This document shows, piece by piece, positions 48,182 to 57,155 of a stretch of DNA of 64,000 nucleotides. The stretch's first letter is position 1. Every line of letters starts with the position of its first letter. The translations under genes and the position numbers were made by a program. The notes beneath the pieces were generated by a model. That model made no database searches. It had not been told where the DNA came from and saw only the letters and a list, made by a program, of their open reading frames with translations. Origin of the DNA: Naegleria gruberi (Eukaryota); NCBI GenBank assembly GCA_000004985.1, contig GG738858.1; one strand, 5' to 3'.

Positions 48182-49230
48182 NNNNNNNNNNNNNNNNNNN
48201 NNNNNNNNNNNNNNNNNNNNNNNNNNNNNNNNNNNNNNNNNNNNNNNNNNNNNNNNNNNNNNNNNNNNNNNNNNNNNNNNNNNNNNNNNNNNNNNNNNNN
48301 NNNNNNNNNNNNNNNNNNNNNNNNNNNNNNNNNNNNNNNNNNNNNNNNNNNNNNNNNNNNNNNNNNNNNNNNNNNNNNNNNNNNNNNNNNNNNNNNNNNN
48401 NNNNNNNNNNNNNNNNNNNNNNNNNNNNNNNNNNNNNNNNNNNNNNNNNNNNNNNNNNNNNNNNNNNNNNNNNNNNNNNNNNNNNNNNNNNNNNNNNNNN
48501 NNNNNNNNNNNNNNNNNNNNNNNNNNNNNNNNNNNNNNNNNNNNNNNNNNNNNNNNNNNNNNNNNNNNNNNNNNNNNNNNNNNNNNNNNNNNNNNNNNNN
48601 NNNNNNNNNNNNNNNNNNNNNNNNNNNNNNNNNNNNNNNNNNNNNNNNNNNNNNNNNNNNNNNNNNNNNNNNNNNNNNNNNNNNNNNNNNNNNNNNNNNN
48701 NNNNNNNNNNNNNNNNNNNNNNNNNNNNNNNNNNNNNNNNNNNNNNNNNNNNNNNNNNNNNNNNNNNNNNNNNNNNNNNNNNNNNNNNNNNNNNNNNNNN
48801 NNNNNNNNNNNNNNNNNNNNNNNNNNNNNNNNNNNNNNNNNNNNNNNNNNNNNNNNNNNNNNNNNNNNNNNNNNNNNNNNNNNNNNNNNNNNNNNNNNNN
48901 NNNNNNNNNNNNNNNNNNNNNNNNNNNNNNNNNNNNNNNNNNNNNNNNNNNNNNNNNNNNNNNNNNNNNNNNNNNNNNNNNNNNNNNNNNNNNNNNNNNN
49001 NNNNNNNNNNNNNNNNNNNNNNNNNNNNNNNNNNNNNNNNNNNNNNNNNNNNNNNNNNNNNNNNNNNNNNNNNNNNNNNNNNNNNNNNNNNNNNNNNNNN
49101 NNNNNNNNNNNNNNNNNNNNNNNNNNNNNNNNNNNNNNNNNNNNNNNNNNNNNNNNNNNNNNNNNNNNNNNNNNNNNNNNNNNNNNNNNNNNNNNNNNNN
49201 NNNNNNNNNNNNNNNNNNNNNNNNNNNNNN
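48182..49230. other. Assembly gap (1049 N)
   Basis: N-run. The supplied ORFs made of X residues (47993..49309, 48175..49236, 48179..49246) are artefacts of this gap. Confidence 0.99.
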
Positions 49231-49346
49231 TTGCAATATATTCCAAAAAATTAATAAAAATATTTTTTATTTTAATAATATATATAAAAATGGATACAAA
49301 ATTAAATAGTAAATACTACATTAAATTAATAATTATATCATTTAAA

Positions 49347-50265
49347 TTACTTCTTCTTCTTCTTCTTTGCAGCAAGAGCAGCAGCAGCACCACTAACACC
49401 ACTTCCACTTCCAACACCACGTACTTGTTCAGGAGTTAATAAGGTTTTTTGTCCCTTTTTGTGAAGAACTGATTTTTGAGCTTCAACATCTGATGAACCT
49501 TGATGTCCAAATCCCATCAAATTACCTGAATGTTTCTTCTTTGTTTCCCATCTTGATTTAAATGTTTCACTTTGTTCATTTAACATACTATGAATTGGAA
49601 GTTTGTTTCTTCTCTTCTTTCTTTGTTTCTTCTTTTCTTCTCTATTCAATGCATCAGCTTGTCTATTACCACCACCCATTGTTGTTGATGATGATGTCTT
49701 GTTAGATGATGATGATGAATTAATAGATTGAATATCAATTTTACTAATAGAAAGTGTAGAAGTATTAGAAGAAGAAGTAATATTAGATGAAGAAGTAATA
49801 TTTGAAATAATTGATGAAGTCTTTTCAATTTCATCAATATTCTTCTTAATGGATGTAGAAGATGTGAAGATTGTAAATCTTTACAATATTTCTCAGCAGA
49901 ATCAATATCATAAAAAGACATGGCTTCAATTAAACCAGCAGTGTGAAGTGAAACATTTTTAGAATCTAATTTAATTAACATTTCAAAAGTAGATGCAGCT
50001 TGTTCATATTTTTTAAATTGTAATTGTAATTTAGCTAATTCATTTGCCATTTCAATTAAATCTTCCTTTTTAGATGAAGATGATAATTTTTTAATGACTT
50101 GTTGTAACATTTCCAATGCAGAATTCATATCATCAATTTTCATATAAAGTGCAATAATTAAACTTTGAATTGATTTTTCATTAATTAATTTAGATTCTTT
50201 TAATAATTCAATACATTCTTTATATTTACCTTGTTGTAAATATAATTGTACAAGTACTAATTCTA

Positions 50266-50296
<31 letters not shown>

Positions 50297-51878
50297 GTAT
50301 TATTATTAGTATTACTAGTATTAGTATTATTATTATTATTGTTAATATTTTTAATATAATTTTTTAATAATTGAATAGATTGATCAAATTTCTTTTGTTT
50401 AAAATATAAATGTGATAAAATTAAAGTTGGAATTTCTGAATTATTATACTAAATAAATTAAATAATTCATTTTGAATAATTTTTTCACATTCATCAAATT
50501 TACCTAAATGTAATTGTAATAAACAATTATTTAAAGTAACACCTCTAATTTGTTCAGTTGTTAATTTACCTTGTAATTTATCTTGATAAGCATGTTTTAA
50601 TTTCTTTTGAGCTTCCAAATCAAAATGTGTTGTATTACCATTATTAGAATTACTATTATTAGTAGTTACATCTAAAATAGCAACAAGATTATTAGCAGCA
50701 ACTGCACCTGCAACTGTATCTTTAGATTGTGTAAAAACTTGTTCAAATAATTTTTTAGAAACATCAACTTGTCCATTTAAATATTTAACATAAGCTAATT
50801 GTACTAAAATGGAAGAAATTTCATTTGTATCTTCAATTTTACATAATTTTTGTGCAAATTCTAAATATTTCTCAGCTTGTTCATAATCTTTTAATCCAAT
50901 AGATNNNNNNNNNNNNNNNNNNNNNNNNNNNNNNNNNNNNNNNNNNNNNNNNNNNNNNNNNNNNNNNNNNNNNNNNNNNNNNNNNNNNNNNNNNNNNNNN
51001 NNNNNNNNNNNNNNNNNNNNNNNNNNNNNNNNNNNNNNNNNNNNNNNNNNNNNNNNNNNNNNNNNNNNNNNNNNNNNNNNNNNNNNNNNNNNNNNNNNNN
51101 NNNNNNNNNNNNNNNNNNNNNNNNNNNNNNNNNNNNNNNNNNNNNNNNNNNNNNNNNNNNNNNNNNNNNNNNNNNNNNNNNNNNNNNNNNNNNNNNNNNN
51201 NNNNNNNNNNNNNNNNNNNNNNNNNNNNNNNNNNNNNNNNNNNNNNNNNNNNNNNNNNNNNNNNNNNNNNNNNNNNNNNNNNNNNNNNNNNNNNNNNNNN
51301 NNNNNNNNNNNNNNNNNNNNNNNNNNNNNNNNNNNNNNNNNNNNNNNNNNNNNNNNNNNNNNNNNNNNNNNNNNNNNNNNNNNNNNNNNNNNNNNNNNNN
51401 NNNNNNNNNNNNNNNNNNNNNNNNNNNNNNGCTAATAATAATTCATTAGTATTATTTAATTCATTTCTATTAGATTGAATAATTTTCAAGGCTTCCTCTG
51501 CTTTATTTAATCTATACAAGGAATAAATCTTTTGAAAATTAGTGGATTGCAAATTTTCAATAACCTTGTTAAATTCTCCTTTTTGAATTTGATTAACAAT
51601 TTTTAATTGTTTTAATTGATTATTATTCTTATCATTGGATAATACTATTATTATTATTATATGATGAAGATGATCAAGATGGTAATGTTGATGATTAATA
51701 TGAAAGACGGAGAAGAAGATTAATACAGATAAGATTAAAATGATGATGAATATATATTCAACTACTACTAATATAACAACATACACTTTTCCAATGTAGA
51801 ATGAATTAAATCTTCATCTTCATCTTCGATGGCTTGTTTTAATTGTTGATAATTGGACAAGAGATTCTTTGGTGCCAT
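49347..51878 (-). CDS. srp72: Signal recognition particle 72 kDa subunit (SRP72), multi-segment model: exon 1 51785..51878, intron 51645..51784, exon 2 from 51644 into the gap, then 50894 down to 49347; interrupted by an N gap and three frame disruptions
   Basis: Exon 1 (MAPKNLLSNYQQLKQAIEDEDEDLIHSTLEK + GTATGT donor) was found by hand. The TPR-like blocks IYSLYRLNKAEEALKIIQS, AGAVAANNLVAIL, ELFNLFSIII, IPTLILSHLYFKQKKFDQSIQLLKNYIK and MKIDDMNSALEML...AEKYCKDL align along SRP72. The C-terminal tail KKKQRKKRRNKLP...SRWETKKKHS...KKKKKK* matches the SRP72 basic RNA-binding tail. The supplied ORFs 49347..49679, 49646..50143, 50421..50618 and 50881..51786 are fragments of this gene in different frames. 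Confidence 0.75.
50262..50345. repeat. (ATT)n/(AAT)n trinucleotide microsatellite inside the SRP72 coding region (poly-Asn tract)
   Basis: A perfect (att)9 at 50267..50293 flanked by imperfect att/agt repeats. The reading frame changes across it. Confidence 0.85.
50895..51430. other. Assembly gap (536 N) inside the SRP72 gene
   Basis: N-run. Confidence 0.99.
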
Positions 51879-51959
51879 TGAATTTTTTTTTAATTTTAGA
51901 ATTATTTTAAAGCCTTGAAATTCTCACTGTGTCTTCTTCATGCTGATGACATCATCACA

Positions 51960-52030
51960 CAACAAGCCTTTTTATTCTTATTCTTTTCTTGAGAATAAAA
52001 TTTAGGAAGAAGAATTAAAAAGGCTTGTTG
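51960..52030. repeat. 14-bp perfect inverted repeat (CAACAAGCCTTTTT ... AAAAAGGCTTGTTG), 43-bp spacer, in the divergent srp72/rac intergenic region
   Basis: Left arm 51960..51973. The right arm 52017..52030 is its exact reverse complement. Confidence 0.8.
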
Positions 52031-52521
52031 ATACTACAAGACTAATGTATCACATAATGCTCTTTGTATCATAATAATAATAAATCCAACATTGATCGAT
52101 CAATGAAAATTTAGTCTTCATCAATATTGTTTTCACCAGGTTGAAAAGTAAAATTCCTTCCAATTCAAAGATAAGTGATGGAAACTTTCCTTCACGAATA
52201 ATAACAAACTAACAATTAGCCTCTTCAACTTACCATTAGACCAATAACAATAATATGAAGAATGAACAACACAATGAATACAAACGCTCCCAATCTTTCA
52301 TCAATCAAATGTCATCTACACAAAAAAAATATTTCATCTCCTCCAACGTTAGTTTGTGTGCTGCTGTGAGGTTTTCAAAAGGCTTTTAAAAAACAAACAA
52401 CAACAACATTTACTCAATAGTAGTAAAAAACCATCAATAATAATAGTAATAATATTATATAACATAATATATTTACACACACACATAAATATAATTGTAA
52501 ACAACAATATAGTAGAAAAAC

Positions 52522-53481
52522 ATGACTGACGACGATTCACAAGAAGAAGGAAATTACGATCAAATTAAATGTGTTGTTGTAGGTGATGGTGCTGTTGGTA
52601 AAACATGTAGGTTTTAAAATTCCCGCGCTTTTAATCATCTTTTTAAACTTTGTAAAATAATAATAATAATAATTACTGATAGGTTTATTATTATCATATA
52701 GTAATAATGAATTTCCAGATGGTATGTATTTCTATTTAATTAAGTATCATTGAATGTGATAATGATGATGATAATGATGATTATTGTTATTGTTATTAAT
52801 TAATTAATTTAGAATATATTCCAACTATTTGTGACAATTATAGTAGTAATGTTGAATATAAAGGACATACTGTATCATTGGCACTGTGGGATACAGCTGG
52901 ACAAGAAGGTATTTATTTTACAATAATTGTAATCTCTTTAACATCATTATTTTAACATGTATTAATTCATAATAATATTCATGATAACAAAATAACATAA
53001 CAAAATAATATAACATAACAACATAATAGAATATGATCAATTACGTCCATTATCATATCCAGATACAAATGTATTTTTGGTTTGTTTTTCAGTTGTCAAT
53101 CCATCATCATTAGAAAATGTTAAAAGTAAATGGGTACCTGAATTGAAACAATCATGTCCAGATACACCCATTGTTCTAGTTGGATCTAAAATTGATTTAA
53201 GAAATGATCCAGAACAAAAAAGGAAACTCCAACAAAAAGCTTCACAACCTCTAACTGAAAAAGAAGGAGAACAAATGAAAGTAGAAATTGGTGCTAATTT
53301 CTATAGAGAATGTTCAGCAAAGACAATGGAAGGACTTGCAGATGTATTCGAATGTGTCATTGAGGCACATTATCAACATTTATTATCAAAGAAGGATACT
53401 GAAAGTTCAAATAATCAAAATTCTAAATCTGGTAAAAAAGGTGGAAAAGATAAGAAAAAGAAAGATTGTTTAATCATGTAA
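52522..53481 (+). CDS. Rho-family small GTPase (Rac-like) with polybasic tail and CAAX box (CLIM), 223 aa; join(52522..52606,52683..52721,52813..52908,53030..53481)
   Basis: Exon 1 [28 protein letters not shown] (P-loop), GTAGGT donor. Exon 2 [19 protein letters not shown] donor. Exon 3 [32 protein letters not shown] (switch II DTAGQE), GTATTT donor. Exon 4 is the supplied ORF 53077..53481 (...[14 protein letters not shown]...[15 protein letters not shown]). All three introns (76, 91 and 121 nt) are AT-rich, end in AG, and keep the frame. Confidence 0.85.
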
Positions 53482-53654
53482 TATTTAATACATTTTAATA
53501 TATTTTAATATTTAAAATAATTGTTTTTTTTAGTGTTTTTAAAAATCATTGTTGTAATCCATGATGAATTAATATGAGTGAAACTTTGCCAAGTCAATGT
53601 TGATGAGTCATAAAATGTTTCATGTGAAAGCAAACTTTCAAAAAGAGAAGGAAA

Positions 53655-53670
53655 GGGGATCCTCTAGAGT
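53655..53670. other. Cloning-vector polylinker remnant (GGGGATCCTCTAGAGT = SmaI half-site + BamHI + XbaI of pUC18/19-type MCS) at a contig end
   Basis: Exact 16-nt match to the pUC multiple cloning site downstream of a blunt SmaI insertion. It sits immediately before the N gap and is GC-rich relative to its surroundings. Confidence 0.7.
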
Positions 53671-54048
53671 NNNNNNNNNNNNNNNNNNNNNNNNNNNNNN
53701 NNNNNNNNNNNNNNNNNNNNNNNNNNNNNNNNNNNNNNNNNNNNNNNNNNNNNNNNNNNNNNNNNNNNNNNNNNNNNNNNNNNNNNNNNNNNNNNNNNNN
53801 NNNNNNNNNNNNNNNNNNNNNNNNNNNNNNNNNNNNNNNNNNNNNNNNNNNNNNNNNNNNNNNNNNNNNNNNNNNNNNNNNNNNNNNNNNNNNNNNNNNN
53901 NNNNNNNNNNNNNNNNNNNNNNNNNNNNNNNNNNNNNNNNNNNNNNNNNNNNNNNNNNNNNNNNNNNNNNNNNNNNNNNNNNNNNNNNNNNNNNNNNNNN
54001 NNNNNNNNNNNNNNNNNNNNNNNNNNNNNNNNNNNNNNNNNNNNNNNN
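53671..54048. other. Assembly gap (378 N)
   Basis: N-run. The supplied ORF 53638..56127 runs through it as X residues. Confidence 0.99.
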
Positions 54049-56127
54049 TCTTTTATGATTTGATTTAAAATTTAAATTTAAAGAAAATAAATCTTCACTT
54101 TTTAAAATTTTAGAATTTCCATTTTTAATTAAAATATTTTTCATTGTTAAAGGTAAAATTAAATTTTTTAATTCATTTAAATTTAAATTTAAATTTTCTA
54201 AAATTTCAAAACATTTAATTTCCAAATTAGTATTAAATAATAATAAAATTAAACATTGATATTCATTTACATGTAAATCATATTCACTTCCAAATCTGGC
54301 AATTAATTGACATGTACCAAGTGAATGTATCCATTTTAATATTCTATTTTGAGTAATTGAATTATAAAAATTTAAAAATAAATTTAAACAATTATTAAAT
54401 TCATTTGGTAATTTTAATTTTAAATTTAATTGAATATAAATGGAAGGCCAAATTCCATTTGTTAAAATTTGTGGATTAAATTCTATTTTATTATTATCAT
54501 TAGTTATATTATTATTTCCATTTATATTATTAATTAAATAATTTTTAAATTTAAATTTTAATTCATTTGAATTATTTAAATCTTTAATCATTCCTTCTAA
54601 TTTAAAAGTAAATGAATTTCCCATTTTTAATTTTAATTTATAAATTAATTGTTTTTCCAATTCAATTTCTTGATTTTTAATTAATTTTTTACATAAAAAT
54701 CTTTTAAAAAATTCTAAAAATAAATCTTTATCATTTAAATAGGAAAATAATAATAAAATATTTTCAATATTTAAATTAAATTCAAAATATTTAACTAGAA
54801 TTTCAGGAAAATCTAAATTTTCATTTACTAAATTTGTAAATGACTGAAATAAAAATTGTTGAAAATAAAAATTATCTTTAAATTCAAATTTAATTAAATT
54901 ACTAAATTTAGTATTTAATTTTAATAAATTTGTAATATATTCATTTGAATCATTTTTAATTAATTCTTTTCCTTCTTTAATTATTACTTGTTTCATTGAA
55001 TTTGCTAATTTTGGTAATTCATTTACAATTTCAAATAATTTAAATAAGATTTTTAATTCTTTAATATTAAAATTATTAAATATTTCAATTGATTCTAATA
55101 ATAAAATTTCTAAATTATTTAAAATTAATTCTTGATTTAAATTTTTAAATAATTTTTTAATGGTTGAATTTGGAAAGAAAAAGGAATTTTTATCTTCAAA
55201 AATTAAAATATTTTCAATTTCTTTAAATAAATAATTATTTTCTAATTTCCATTTTTGATTTAATTGTTTAAAATATAAATTTGATAAATTTAAAAATTCA
55301 TTTTCAAAATCCAAGTAAATTGAATTTTCCTTATATAGATTTAATTCATTTGATAATTCAATTAAATATAAAATTCCATTTTTTAATAAATTTTCATTAA
55401 TAATTTCAAAATTTCTTTTTTTTTCATATTTTTCCAAAATTAATTTAGAAAAATTATTTTTAATTTCCAAATAAATAATTTTAAAATAATTTTCAATTGC
55501 AATTTGTTTTAAATTTGATTTTTGAAATTGTTCTATAAAAGATCTTTCAATGTAATTAAATAATTTTGTAAAATATTTAATAATAATTAAATAATCTTTC
55601 CATTTTTGTATACATTGATTTAAAAATAAATCTCCATTTAAATTTTTTAATTGATTTAAATTATTATTTAAAAATTTTATAATAATTTTTTCATATTTAA
55701 TATAAATTAATTCTTTTGAAATTTCTAAATTTAAACATAAATTATAAATGGATGAATAAATAATTAAATAGTCTTGACTTGATGAATTTAAATTTTCTAA
55801 AAATTGTAAAATTCCTTTTTTAATTATTTTCCATTGTTTTTTAAATAATTCATATTCATCATTGTTATTATTATCACTACTAGATGAATTATTTGAAATA
55901 CTATTGAAAAGTTTAATTTTCTTTTCTTGATGAATAAATTCATTACTTGTTGATTCAAAAGTTGATGATTGTAATAAATTAGAGTTGACTTGATGATGAT
56001 CGGAATGTGATGGTGATGATAAGGAACATGATGACAATGTATTATTGATAGTATCCTCATCATCATCTAAACAAGAAGATAATTGACAAGATTTTCGTTT
56101 TTTAGGAACATTTCTTCTGAAATTCAT
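54049..56127 (-). CDS. Cullin-family protein (E3 ubiquitin-ligase scaffold), N-terminal ~690 aa present; C-terminal cullin-homology/neddylation region lost in the gap
   Basis: Open frame from the ATG at 56127 (MNFRRNVPKKRK...). Cullin signature blocks: DKDLFLEFFKRFLCKKLI (cf. DKDVFE.YYK..LA.RLL), GNSFTFKLEGMIKDL (cf. CG..FTSKLEGMF.DM) and ILKWIHSLGTCQLIARFGSEYDLHVNEYQCLILLLFN (cf. L.W...LG.c.L...F......L.VS..Q..VLLLFN). Confidence 0.7.
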
Positions 56128-56220
56128 TTTTTATGTATTGGAAATTATTTACAATTCATCTCTTTCAATGACATTTAAATATCACCAAATGATGATGATG
56201 ATGATAAACAAGGATGAGAT

Positions 56221-57060
56221 TTAATTTGTTTGTAACTTATTTTTCAATTGTTCAATTTCTGATTGTAATTGTAAAACTTCTTCTTCATGAGTTTGTTGCA
56301 TCACTTCACGTAAATGTTTATCTGCTTGTTTTTGTAAATTTAATTGATTTTCAAAATCAGATTTCATCATTTCCTTTTCTTTTGCTAATGAAAGAATCTT
56401 ATTTCTAAATACATTTTTAGTAGTTTCTAAAATTGTTATTTGTTGTTTCAATGAATCAATTGTTAATCTAGTATCACTATTAATACTCAATGTATTATAC
56501 ATTAATTGATAATATGTTTTATCATTAGTTAATTCTATAATTTCATTTTCTAATATTTTAATCTTTTCCAAATATGGTTGAATAATTGCTTCTTCTTCAA
56601 CTATTTCATATTGAATAATTGTATTTTGTGTACTAGTTGTTTCGAGTACTGGTTGTATTATAGTGTTAGTAATAGTAGTAGATGTTGTATTAATTGTTTG
56701 ATCTAAAAGTATTGTTGGTGAATTAATAGGTGATGATGAATTAACTCGATTAACTTTAAAAGTTTGATCTTCAAAGATGGCAAATTTCTTCTTCTTTGAT
56801 GGACTTTTATATTGACCGGATGGTGGTGGTGATATAGTAGTGGATTGTAATTTTCTCTTCAGATCAAGTTTGTTCGAAGGCTTTAAAGAAAATTCCTTCT
56901 TCATAGGCTTTGAATTTTGTTGTTGTTGTGACTTGAGTCCTGTTGGCGTGATATTTTCCTTATCAATGATGGTGGTTTTCTTATTGGCGAGTTGAAGACT
57001 AGTGCCTCTCATTGTGGCCATTAGAGGATTAGTTGGTTGGAGGGCTTGTTGTTGAGACAT
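56221..57060 (-). CDS. Hypothetical protein, 279 aa: Ser/Thr/Gln-rich N-terminus with a KEN motif (IDKENITP) and a C-terminal coiled-coil
   Basis: Long ORF with coding-like composition, starting aaaaaATGtctcaa. There is heptad-like periodicity in the last ~110 aa. No recognisable catalytic domain. Confidence 0.55.
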   Translation of the reverse strand: MSQQQALQPTNPLMATMRGTSLQLANKKTTIIDKENITPTGLKSQQQQNSKPMKKEFSLKPSNKLDLKRKLQSTTISPPPSGQYKSPSKKKKFAIFEDQTFKVNRVNSSSPINSPTILLDQTINTTSTTITNTIIQPVLETTSTQNTIIQYEIVEEEAIIQPYLEKIKILENEIIELTNDKTYYQLMYNTLSINSDTRLTIDSLKQQITILETTKNVFRNKILSLAKEKEMMKSDFENQLNLQKQADKHLREVMQQTHEEEVLQLQSEIEQLKNKLQTN

Positions 57061-57155
57061 TTTTTTATCTGTGATATTAAATTGATTATTTTTTGAAATT
57101 ATTTAACGTTAGATTTTGGCGGCAAGTTTAACCGCTTAAAATAACTACAAAAAAA
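57061..57155. promoter_or_regulatory. Short divergent promoter region between the minus-strand gene starting at 57060 and the plus-strand gene starting at 57156
   Basis: A 95-bp AT-rich spacer between two divergently oriented start codons. This is inferred from gene arrangement only. Confidence 0.3.

Noticed and set aside
47993-49309. Long ORFs of 438, 353 and 355 aa consisting almost entirely of X
   Set aside because: They are translations running through the 1049-N gap (48182..49230). They are not genes. The 51786-start and 53638-start ORFs have the same problem.
49646-50143. C-terminal half of the 165-aa ORF (LLHPLRRILMKLKRLHQLFQILLLHLILLLLL...)
   Set aside because: It is a Leu-rich out-of-frame read of a Ser-rich region after a frameshift. 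The in-frame continuation is IFTSSTSIKKNIDEIEK...
50881-51786. Supplied 301-aa ORF starting with MYVVILVVVEYIF...
   Set aside because: Its first codon is GTG, not ATG, and the first ~50 residues are intron 1 of SRP72 (51645..51784) read through. Only the part from ...LSNDKNNNQLK onward is real SRP72 exon 2.
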